Assembly (NCBI GenBank): GCA_963924565.1
Contig: OZ004610.1
Coordinates: 4,898,001-4,962,000 of the forward strand
Direction of reading: 5' to 3'
From: Ascidiella aspersa
Lineage: Eukaryota
DNA length: 64,000 nucleotides
Shown here: piece by piece, positions 52,660-64,000 of the stretch
How the letters are laid out: the number at the start of each line of letters is the position of its first letter
How positions within the stretch are numbered: position 1 is the stretch's first letter
Position numbers and translations under genes: made by a program
The notes under the pieces: model-generated
What the model was told of the DNA's origin: nothing
What the model saw: only the letters and a program-made list of their open reading frames with translations
Database searches by the model: none

Positions 52660-54024
52660 AGCAAAAAAGCTGATAAACTTATAAATATAATTACTAATGT
52701 ATACAGACAAAACTGATCTAGTAAGTCATCTGTAAATATTGCAAAATATTTAAAGAAAATGTTTTTTATTGACAGCCACAGCCCATTGAAAAACTACCTA
52801 ACATAACTTATTGAATAAAAAGTTAAAATAGCTATTTATACAAGACTGCATCCTAAAAATGTCACTAAATATATTACATAAACAAGGGAAATATTTCAGA
52901 CTGTTACATTGATTACCTATGTGTAACTTACTGTATTCAAACTGCACAAAAAGTATCAGTAGGTACTCAATAAAAGGCAAAATCCATACTTAATGACAAG
53001 GTCAACATGTAACAGGGTTCGGCCTAAAAGTCCATAAACAACAACTTATATGTAAAATCATACTACGATAACATCATAACGTTATATTCAATTCAAATCT
53101 TAACCTTACTAGCTGTCTAAAACTAAACAGCCAACATTCACCCAAAGTGTGATTGGCAATGTAAAATCCAGTCTGGAGTGCTTAACCAGCTGGTTGTGAC
53201 TGGTAATTATGGATGTGACCTTCGATTGAAGAAAACAGATACCTATATCTTATCTAACACACGTTTTTTATTTTAATTACCCTACTACTACTATTCTTTC
53301 AAGCATCATTTTACAACATTTTCACTAAATAATATATTACAGTTTGTACTACAGCTACTTAACCTCCCGCACACACACACGTGTTAACACAATTTAACTT
53401 TTTTATCGAAAGGTACAACATTACAACTCGCCGCTTGACTGGGCAAAAGTAAACCTTAACACTAAAGAGAAAAACAATCACAAAACGGAGACCCGGCATC
53501 ATCGGAGCATCAAACACTAAATATATTCCAACAAACAACAATCTATACGCTGATTATGCTTTGCGGGGTGGCAGCCTTTCTTTACTGCGCAAATCGATTC
53601 CCTACGGGCGGAGAAAAAAGGGCTGGAGCAAATGGCTCTCTTGCGAAGCGCTTTTATTCCGCTTTTCTCGGCCGATGTGGGTACTGATTTGATGTTTACT
53701 TCGCTGTTTTTCCCCTGACCTTGTTATTCATCGAAGGAACGATGAGCAACCATCACGCCTCGGTCTGTCACTGTTTTGAGACGTCGACGGTTCGTGATTT
53801 CATCAGATCGTAAAACAACATAGACAAGTCCACGTCAACTGACGATTCGTCAGCTGTTGAAGTACTTCCAGAGTTTTGTACCGTCACTTGAACGGTCGAG
53901 ATGGTGACGTTTTGTGTACAGAGACGTCGAGAGAAATTAAACCTTACGTCAAGCTGCTTTAGGTGTATTTTTATTAGGTTGTTTTGAAGACAAGCGTGTT
54001 TACAAGGGTTACTGGTGATTTGCG

Positions 54025-54327
54025 TTACTTTTTAAGGCAAAATAAGTTTCTTAATTCTCCTATAAGAAAACAACAGAAATTATAACAAAAAATTAAAACG
54101 CGCATTGTAAGAATCGTTAAAATAACACCGAGTAATAATATAATCAGCATATAGGTCATTGACGAATTCACTGCAACCAGTGCTATGGTGCCACCTAGCA
54201 GAAATAGTGCAGTAGCAACAAATACTATTAGACGTTCAACGTCCAATTTAAGGATTTGTGAATAGTCAATTTCCTCCCATTCAGAATTTTGCCGGTGGAA
54301 AGAGGACAATATGTATAAAACCGACAT
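54025..54327 (-). CDS. Possible small membrane protein ORF (100 aa, two hydrophobic segments); unverified
   Basis: ATG ORF with LIVFVATALFLLGGTIALVAV and MTYMLIILLLGVILTILTM; nearby splice-like signals (donor GTAAGT ~54639, acceptor 54517). No family recognised. Confidence 0.25.
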   Translation of the reverse strand: MSVLYILSSFHRQNSEWEEIDYSQILKLDVERLIVFVATALFLLGGTIALVAVNSSMTYMLIILLLGVILTILTMRVLIFCYNFCCFLIGELRNLFCLKK

Positions 54328-57132
54328 GCATAGATGTTTATTTTCGCCGCAACGGGTTGCATTGTTTGTGGCGAAGAAAATTTGAACAATTTAACAGAAT
54401 TGTGTTTCATGGTATAAGGAGAACAAACGGCAAAATAATTGGGCCCCTTAGCACTGTTACATTTGATAAAAACTTCTGTAACTTGTTAGTCGATTCGAGG
54501 TAAGTATTGTGTAAGCCTGTAAAATCAATAAAAAATTCAAAGTTTGAATGCAAAGCTATAAGCTGGGTAAAATCCTATGTTCTTAAAAAAAAAATCGTAA
54601 TACGAATCAATAAACGCAATTTTACTTACTTTTACTTACTGGTGCGACTTTTCTTATTTTTAATCATTGTGGAAAGTTAATCATAATTAAGAGGCGAGCA
54701 AGTGGTCGCATCAATTGGGCACAAACAACTTGTTTACGCGAGGGCCGTGTTGTTGAACCTGCTTGACACGCGGAGAAAACGAGAGAAAGATGAATGGAAG
54801 AAAGAAAAAAAGAGTTACAAGGAGAAAGAGGAGCAAGAAATATAGCGATGAGCACTATTAAAAACAGAAGGGTTCAGATGATTACGAAACCTCACAACAG
54901 AGTCTGTTGTTTATTAGAGACTGATTAACAATCGACTGCTGTTAAATTGTAAAAATTAACTAATCTGATGATATAATTTTAATTCTAACATGAAGCTTAT
55001 TGTTTTTAATCCAATCACCTATTCTCGGGGTAACTACCTAAAACATTTTTCCAGCTATGAAACCTTTTTTGATCGCTGCCAACTCAATCCGAACTGTTTT
55101 TGTATTTTAACATTAATATCCTTTACCTTTAACATAGAGATAGTCGCAAACTTAAGAACACCACACAGTTCTTTTCTATTTGCACCGTTTGTGTTGGAAA
55201 GCAGGGCCATGACTACAAGTTTTAGTCTTTGGAGGTGTTACTTTCAATTCTAAAACTATTTGTACATTACAAATATGTTATCGATTTGCGCAAAGCTAAA
55301 AAAGCTTTGCACATTCTGACGTAACTTGTAAAATCCTGGATTAGCGCCTGCCCATGGCCTACACCACCGTTGACCGAATTGTTGTTTGTTGTAATCAACA
55401 GAATTTGTTTTAAATAACCGCGATCGACGAGTTACAAATAAAAAGCTATATTATAAAAACATATGTAACAATTAGAGATGTACAAAACTTACGATACTTG
55501 GACAAAATGTATTCGAAACTAAAGGACTTCAATACTGGCCAAAATTTGCTTTGCGTTGTTAAGTTTAGTTGAGTTGTTCACATGTCATTTCTTGATAAAT
55601 TTACCTTTCGTAGAACAGCTTCGTTGAATAACAATTCATGGTGAAAATTCCCATATTATTTCGGTGTTGGATCAGGACTCCAAGTATCGGACGAATATCG
55701 ATACTAATACATGATATCGGGTGTGGGCTACGATCTGATTTTAGCGGACATACTTAGTCATAATGCAACTTTATTCTTTGAATTTACTATGAATCAAATT
55801 ACTATTTTTTAATCAGTTTTTCTTAGTTTTTAAGTGTTATTTAAAGCAAAACAGACAGACCAGCAAACAATGAGAAAAACAACCAAATGGCAACAGAATT
55901 TTTTTGTGATTCATCAACAAAGAAGATAGCCCCAAACTGGTTGTAAACCGTTTGTATTTAATCAACAGACAACATAAACGACTGTTGCAGTACTTCGGGG
56001 ATAACTTGCAAGGAGCGAAAATAGTTAAAAACAGCGCGAAAGGATAGACGTTATGTTAAATATTAAACACAACTGGTTGAACGATATACGCCTCCTACAA
56101 CTACTTTCAATAGGCTGGACGTAGTAGTGACAACCTTTTTAATGACAGAATATCACTAACGTTAAAATACTAGCAGTTTGGTGTGAAAGACAATAAAGGT
56201 ATGTTGATTAATACTATCTATATTCTATAATATAGTTTTGGGGCTATGTTTTAGGAAGTTTACGGGCTTTCACGAAGATGGTTTTTTACAAACAGTATAT
56301 GGTCTTGAGGTGAAAGGCAAACACGGAACCTTAATTACATCGTCCTTTCTCCACAAGCCCAAATTTGTGCTTTCCAAAATGATGTTTAATTTTTTAAAGG
56401 CTTTAAATCATTTCTTTCTATATGTATTACTTTTTACTAGAGTTTAAATATTGTTAGTAGTGCGGTTATAATTACCAAAATCTAATTTAAAACTTTACGG
56501 GAATGCAGCGGACGATGTTGCACAAAAACAGAAAATATATTAATAAAATTTGAATAAATTAAAAAGTAATTGACTATATAATTAAACAGATATTGCAGCA
56601 TAACTAATTTGGCCCAACACCAAAACCAGATATTATGGAAGGAAATTACTGCCGCAAGAGCCGATACAGTCCCTTAAAGAAAACAGACACAACAACGATA
56701 GATTCATAAACTGGTATGTTAGGAAATTCATTCAGTCGCATTTTGTTTAAATAACGTAATGTGAAATAGTTGATCCGGTAAAAAATGTTGTGGAATCGCC
56801 TAATGTTACCTTAAGATTTAAGATGACGAACAATACGATAGCAATATTTAGTTTAAAAAAAGTAATTTGTATAAATTGATGACCGGTAAAAAACGTTGTT
56901 GGATCGCTTAAAATGACGTTAAGATGTAAGCCGACAAAGGTAGGGTCGCTAACGATATCAATACCAAACAGTTTCGTGCAGCTACTGATACTAGGATCTG
57001 GTATCGGCTTTGTCCAAAAAACTGCCATAGCGACTCTTAAGTATAATCAACAAGAAGAAGAAACACCCGTAACGCGTTCGAACCTTTGCCTAAAAGAGAA
57101 AACAACAGATGGCAGAAAAGCAGCTAGTGACG

Positions 57133-60100
57133 TCATCTGGTTTCCGAATCGTCGCTGTCTTCCTCTTCTTCTTCATCAGAGCTGTTCTCGATCGGCTGGA
57201 TGAAGAGGCTGTCGTTGCGATGGAAGCCCGAATCACGGAGGAGCGGAAGAGAGGGGCCATCATCCTCCTGTTGGTCGACCTCGTCCGTGGAGCATCCAAG
57301 GATTGCGCGACGCGGGAAGTTGGCGAAGACCTTGAATCGAGGAGGCGAGCTCTCGTGCGAGTAAACGTAGTCATGGACCGCCTGCGGTAAAAGATAAGGA
57401 ACAGAGTGAAGGTTTAGGGCAGTGGTCGACAAAAATACGCCTTTTAGCCATTTTTAGGGAGCCGCGAAAAAGTTTAGTTTTTGAATAGTTTAGGTTTTTC
57501 AATAGCAATAGTTTAGTTTTACACGTAGAGTCATGGATCGCCTGCATCGAAAGATAAGGAGCAGAATGTTTAGGGCAGTGGTCGCCAAATATGGGCCTTT
57601 TAGCCATTTTGAGTGGGCCGCGTTTAGTTTAGTTATGCATTTGTGGGCCGCGTGATAACCGGACATTCGTTGTGCTGTTTTAAAAAGTTGGCGTGTGTAG
57701 CTAAAAGTTTTTAACTTGGCTTATTGTTGCATGACAAGGACTTCAGGCTAGGACCCCTAAACTACACTTTTAGTTTAAGTAAATTTCCGACCACGGGTTT
57801 AGGGTGACGCGATTGACGTCATTGTGGAACAACGCACAGTAAGGTACGAGAACCACCAACTAAACTGGTCGATATACGAAAAATTAGACAATAAAGTTAT
57901 GAAAAAATTAAAGTTAACAATCCTCAAAAATTGTTGTTCAATTTCTGCTGAAATCCAAATTAGAAACTGCGAGGGTAAATGGGTCGGGTTTCCGCGTTGA
58001 TACAAAGGTTAGAAAAGCGCTGCAGCTTTTTGACATATTGAAACCAAACACTGATATCACCTTTATATTATAAATTTAGGAAAATTAACGACAGAATACT
58101 CTACCAAAGCTACCAATCCAGGTCAGACACCATCAAAAGATCTTAAAAGGTATATATATTTCGCCAGCAAATGCATCGTCAGTATATCTTAACTTGAATG
58201 ATTAGAATTATCGAATTAAGATATTCTGACGATGCCTTTGCTCGCGAAATATATATATATATAAATAATTATATACAGATAAATATTTTGAAGATCAGAA
58301 ATTAAGGTCGACATTTATCTTGCAAGGGTCAAGTTTATTTACATTAACACATATTTAGAGCTACATTACAAGAAAATTAAATTAATAATGAAACGAAAAA
58401 ATCACCTTTACTGAATCGTTTGGGCTAAAGCGACGTTTGAGACGAGTTCCGTTTGGCATTTTGATTTGCAACGTCAGAACTTCCTCGTCATCAACTTCTG
58501 GTTCGCGTGGAAGCTCTGGTGTAAAGTTCATGGGCGTATTTGTTAAAACAGAGGAAATAAGCTGTCTAGTTAAAGCAGTGGTTCTCAACCGAGGTGCCAT
58601 TTCTAACGCCCAAGGGTGCCGCGAAATTTTCCAAATTATTAATTTTCAATTTTGGAGCATAATGGTTGGAGGTTGTAGTTAAACGTAATAAGAATATCAA
58701 AGCCCATACAGAAGTAGGTATCATTTCGAACGTTTCGAATAAATTATGTTGAAAATGAATAAAGAGTTATTCGAAACGTTCGAAACGATACCTACTTCTG
58801 TATGTGCTTTAGTAATTTTTAATTATTTAGGTTTCTAGTTTGACTTTATTAGTAAGCTTTTTCATACAATTTTTTGTGCACGATTGAAGTGTAATAAATC
58901 ACGAACTTTTTTCTAACCTTGGGCACAGTTGATCTGTGGTGTTTCAATCCCGTTTTGTGTGAAGCTACAGTAAATTGCTGAGCGAAAATTCTAGTAAGGG
59001 TGCCGCGAACTATTTATAATTGCCGTGGGGTGCCACAAGCAAATAAGGTTGGGAACCACTGAGCTGAAGAACAAGGCACAAAAGGGACTTGGCTAATCTC
59101 GGTGACTTGGGCGTTCTGTGCATTAAAGGGACAAAAGAAAGACATTTGTCGCGCTTATTGAATTGCCGATTGCTGATATTTGGCAAGACGTTGTTAACAC
59201 TAAACACAAACATTTTCATATTGAAAATATCTGCATCGATGTTTTGCCGATACACCTTTGGTGTGCAAGATCTTATTGCGATTAATATTTTTGCTTTTGT
59301 GTTAAGGGTATTGTAATACTCGTAACATGTCATAAAAGTGAATATTTTTAATAATGCAATCAAACTAATTGTTAACTAATGTGGCGACTGGCAGGTAATT
59401 TTTTCTAACGGGTATAATTTAAAACTGAATGCGTCTTATCCAACTTATTGGGCATTTATTTACACCAGGGCTGCGGAGTCGGAGTTGGACTCGAGGAGTC
59501 GGTTTGCTTTCGCTGGAGTCCGATTCGGGACTCGATTAAGACCTTGTAAAACTACCCGAGTCGCGAGTAAGACATGCGCATGCGCAGTACCGATTTTTAA
59601 AACTGATATGGCCGCCAAATGGAAATTGTAAAGGTGGAATATTATATGGCGGAATATTTTCCAACCATGTATTGTGAGTGAATGAATTATACGACACCCC
59701 TATAAGTGGATTGTTGAATATCCACGTTATTTTAGTTACTTAAATTGACGGAATACAGGCAGCAGTGTCGGGGCCGGACTTGGGACAAGGCAAAATCGCA
59801 CATTTGACCGGAGTCGGACTCGGGTTATTTTTAACCGACTCCGCAGTCCTGATTTACACTTGGCTACATCACAAAAAGGCAGAAGCAATCTTTGCGAATC
59901 ATTCGTATGTTGACGTGAAAAAAAGCTTAATTTATTATTTTATACTTATACCATGACGCCAACTTAAATGAAAGATACACACACAAATGTATTCGAAAAT
60001 AGTGATCTAGCCCTTCGGAAGCTGATTTATGGCCGACGATTGCAGCTTAAGTATGATTAGTACACCGAAAGTCATCGCAGACTCGCCGAATCTGTCGATT

Positions 60101-63100
60101 AGTGATGGAAGCAAGAGAGGCTAAAAAAAACACTAGCCTGCAGTGAGGTTCGAACTTAGGGCGTGAGTCTGCGATGGCTTTCGGTGAACTAATGACGACA
60201 ACTTAATGGGATTTGTGCTCAATTAAAATAATTTTCTTCAGAAGTATAAAACACCAGAAGAACTTAACAATCGTTTTAACAAACTTTAATTTTTTTCAGA
60301 AGTATAAAACACCCGAAATACTGTTAAAACTTTATTTTCAGAATTGTAACAAGTTGGTCGGCAGACGGGACAAACCTTGTTGACAGCTCTGCTTTCGTTT
60401 CCTGCAAATTTCCTTCGCCTCTACTTTGGCTTGTCGGATCTGGTTTAATTTCTCTTCGTGAAGACGAACTTCTTCTTCTTCCTTGATTTTCTTGTCGACC
60501 TTTTTTAATGGGAAAAACTTGTTTGGCAAAAATCGTAAGACTACTTATTTTATAAATAACTGCAACAACTGTAAGGTAAGTTAGGACAGTGGTAGCCAAC
60601 CTTTATATTACCCGACGCCTAATTTAATTAAACTGAAATCAGCATTAACATGCCACCCCACCTTGTTTTTAGATAAATAATACTGGAACTAAATAGAACA
60701 ACGATTGATTTTGCTTGAATTATACAGAAGTCCAGATTATGTTTTATCTGTTTTACATTTTTATTATACTTATTGGCATTGCGCTTGCCACGAGCGCATT
60801 GAAACAGCTAAAACCACAGGAATTGGTGAGCGATGGCGACCCCACATTGAGTCGGGACCCATAGGTTGAAGACCACTGAGTTATAATACTTATTTAGCGT
60901 TCCCTATGCCTATTGGTAGCAAAATATATTGACTTATAACGACCGAAAACGGCAGAAAAAAATTTTCTTTCACTAATATAATCAGCATTCATTGATAGAA
61001 ATTTAACAACGGGTTAAATGTTAGTTACGAAAGACCGGCATGCTATAATAGCTGTAAATTCAGCCCGCAAACAAGACGCAGCGATTTGACTTTTTGGCAG
61101 GCTGGGTATACCTTCTCCTTATCTCGCTGTAGCGATTCCAAATAGGCGACGTCCTGTTCTTGTCTGATGATTTGGTTCTGCATGAGTGCGTTACGATCGG
61201 CACGGGCAGCCACCAGCACTGGTTCGTACACCTCCACCACCTCGCTCAGCTTGTCGATCAAATCCTGCAAAAAAGACACAAGTTACATGTGAATCGAGCA
61301 AACAACGAATGGGGCATAGACTAATACTAATCCATTGTTAAAAACAGGGAGTCGAATCAGAATTGAACCGAACCGGAACATTATGACCATGTTTTGGGTC
61401 AAATTTTTCTGAACCGAAACTGAACCGTTTTTTTTAGATTTTAAGGAGCCAAACGGAAATGAACCGAACAATTCGAAAGTACCAGAACCATAATCGAACC
61501 CTAACCTGTAAACAAAAGCGGTTCACTCCAGCATGGCGTCACAACTTGTATTTTACAGAGTTGTTGCGCCATGTTAGAAATGTTATGACAAAAATATGAA
61601 TATTGATTTTATAAAACGTGGATTTTTTTTATTTTTCAGATATTTCAATAATGAGTTGTTTTTTTATCAAGTAAGTTGGATTAAATGACTTACAATTCAA
61701 GGATTATTCTCTACATGGAACTAGAGTAAACATTGAATGGGACACAGACTAGTCCATTGTTAAAAACTTGTAATTCGCGCTGCAGTAAATATTTTAACTT
61801 ATTTTGTAATATGCTTGTATTTCAAAACATAAATCGCCCTAACTTTGTAATGCATCGCTTAGCTTGTGGATAAAATCCTGCGGAGACAAATTACATTAAC
61901 TCGAGTAAACCACGAATGGGGCATTTCGATTTTATTGAATGCCTTTTATGCTTCAGAGCTGTGCAGTGCGTTTACAGTTAAAGTGCAGTGTTAAGTAGAA
62001 AAGCTCTGAAACAATCCTCGGACCTTCCTGTTTATCAGGAATTACCAATGTGCAAAACGTCTAAAATAGAAAGCAGAGTTGGATCACATGTAATTTGTAA
62101 TTGTAATTGGCGTAATTAAATACAGTTTTTAATGTAATTGACATGTTTTCATTCGGTGTATTTCTAATTGTAATTGTTTTTGCTAAAATTTTGGCTCAAT
62201 ACATTGATATTGAGAATATTGAAGTTTCAATGCCGAAAGATGTAATAGGTGTAACCCAGTGTTTTTTTAAGGTGTTTTTGGGTTTTTTTAAGGTGAAATT
62301 CCTCCAGCGGTTTTCCAAATTTTGAACTTGCAACTTTTTGGTATTTAAATGAAACACTTGCGGTCTCTTAAAACTACTTAGCGGTCACCCAAACCAAACC
62401 TAAAAAAAACCCTGGGTGTAACTAATTACACTCTTTAATGTAATTGTAATGTGATTGAAACATTGAAGAGAGTAATTGTAATTGAACTGAATTAGTGCAA
62501 TTGATCCAACTCTAGTAAAAAGCGTGGCTGTCACGCGAATTTGCCAGTTGCAAATATTAACGATAAATTTAATTTTTCGGCATATGTTCGCAACTTCGGC
62601 AACGTCTACGGCGGCTGTGGGACAGTTGTTAACTATTTACTACCTCGGCATACAACATGTAGAAAAATGAAGTTATTAAACGAACGGGAATTTCCGATAC
62701 TTGACATTTTGTTCCGATACTGATACCCGATATTTTGGACAAAGATTATCGTGATCGATCCGATACAAAACTACGTCATTGCCAAGATCGAACTAGAAAA
62801 ATTTATAAAACTGAAATGTTCAAAAGTATTTTTTTTTTTTTAGTTTGTAAAGCCAATATTTGCTTCAGCGTCACTAGGTTTAGTTACCTCCAGCTGTTAA
62901 CCTGTTATTTATTGAAAAAAAAAACATTTTAAGTTAAAATTTCTGCGTTGCATCGCAAATATTGACTGAAATTTCTAAATTAATTTGTTATAGGATTGGC
63001 AAGGATACTACCTTAGAACTAGAAAAAAAAATAGTTTTAAAGTCATACTTGCGAAGAAAGGCGACCTTCAAGTCTTCCAACCACTGTCATGCGATTTTGA

Positions 63101-63672
63101 TACAAACACACAACAGCCAAACACGGACATTCTGGGTAGCGCAAAATCTTGCATACTGAAAATCACAAAGTCAAAGGGTTAGTTTACATAAAAAATATAT
63201 AAAACTTAAAAACATACAAAAAAAATCAAAAACTATGTACATGTAATTATATATATTACAGTAACAAATTATTTTTATATGTCAGTGGTTGCAGCAGACC
63301 ATTCGTAGAGTACAATCAATACTTTGCATGAAGCAAATAATAGTTTCATCCATGCAATGTATTTTCAGCCAGACGTAGAGAGGAAAATATTTTGTTTATT
63401 GTCAGGTCACAATATGTGTTTGTAGGCATAATATATGGCTGTACATAAAACACTATATATATATTTAAAATTATTATACCTCTATAGCCTTCTGGCGTTT
63501 GTACGGAACAACCCCAGAATAACATGTTGCGGTTAATAAACTCAATCACATCAACATGACACAAAGATTCAAGACAAAACATTTCCGACTCTTCCTTGGT
63601 CGGATCATGTAGAAAAGCGAGTAAAAATCGCAATTCTTTCTTGGCTTCCGCTTGTGCCTTTGCATATGTTCC
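57133..63672 (-). CDS. FAF2: FAS-associated factor 2 / UBXD8 (UAS-coiled coil-UBX), 5' part beyond right edge
   Basis: Exons 63480-63672 (GTYAKA..AKKELRFLLAFLH..MLFWGCS..PEGYR), 63049-63155 (RMTVVGRLEG), 61112-61264 (IRQEQDVAYLESL), 60376-60499, 58406-58515 (LPREP..IKMPNGTRLKRRF), 57133-57381 (FANFPRR, acidic tail, TGA). Confidence 0.92.
58151..58260. mobile_element. Inverted pair of hammerhead-like motifs (probable Penelope relic) in FAF2 intron
   Basis: Minus 58151-58182 CTGACGATGCATTTGCTGGCGAAATATAT; plus 58226-58256 CTGACGATGCCTTTGCTCGCGAAATATAT. Confidence 0.45.
58576..59061. mobile_element. hAT-type MITE with nested repeat (related copy ~12836-13145)
   Basis: CAGTGGTTCTCAACC...GGTTGGGAACCACTG; TSD-like AGTTAAAG/AGCTGAAG. 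Confidence 0.75.
59466..59851. mobile_element. hAT-type MITE (same family as 28354-28757)
   Basis: CAGGGCTGCGGAGTCGG...CCGACTCCGCAGTCCTG; perfect TSD ATTTACAC. Confidence 0.9.
59965..60195 (-). repeat. Third copy of the tRNA-associated dispersed repeat
   Basis: Reverse complement contains GTTCGAACCTCACTGCAGGC, the tail ATCGACAGATTCGGCGAGTCTGCGATGACTTTCGGTGTA and TCAGCTTCCGAAGGGCTAGATCAC. Confidence 0.75.
62074..62514. mobile_element. TGTAAT-rich MITE
   Basis: TIR AGAGTTGGATCA/TGATCCAACTCT with subterminal TGTAATT repeats. Confidence 0.7.
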
Positions 63673-64000
63673 CTAAAATCATTTTTGTTTTAAAGATTGA
63701 ATTAGAATTAAAGCGTACAAAGCCTTTATGACAGTTAATGACAATGCTGTTTGATTAACAGAATTTAAATCAACTAATTACTACATCTAAGCATAACAGC
63801 TTCAGAACCGCTCATAGAATACTGTGTGCTTAAATTGATTTGAGTTGATAACATAAAACTTGCGACCTGAAACACTGCTATATGGCAGAACTTGCCAAAC
63901 TAAACCCTGACAAGCAAAATAACCAGGCCCGCTGCTCATTTAGAATAAAGATTTTTAGGTAAAAATAAGCTTTCACATATTTTTTTATCTTGATTGCAGA

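Noticed and set aside
1-64000. Autonomous transposon, retroelement or prokaryotic defence system
   Set aside because: No transposase, RT, integrase or bacterial-type operon ORFs; all long ORFs are explained by host exons.

Overview
Eukaryotic, intron-rich animal DNA, most likely an invertebrate chordate such as an ascidian (inferred from the compact chordate-type genes and mosaic CpG content; not proven). Six spliced genes were reconstructed by hand. On the minus strand: YEATS2 (19 exons seen, runs off the left edge), GPALPP1, TRAPPC4, an insulin receptor substrate (IRS; PH+PTB+YxxM tail, ~1075 aa) and FAF2/UBXD8 (5' part off the right edge). On the plus strand, a complete TMEM45 is nested antisense inside YEATS2 intron 3. 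Introns hold many non-autonomous hAT-type MITEs with 8-bp TSDs, foldback elements and a 32-bp minisatellite. Most notable: (1) five minimal hammerhead-ribozyme-like motifs of the Penelope/retrozyme type at four loci; (2) a tRNA-like element with an abnormal anticodon arm in a circularly permuted dispersed repeat; (3) a perfect 31-bp GC-rich hairpin downstream of IRS; (4) a possible TRAPPC4-GPALPP1-YEATS2 trans-spliced operon; (5) duplicated splice acceptors in FAF2 and YEATS2. No CRISPR, transposase or reverse transcriptase ORF was found.
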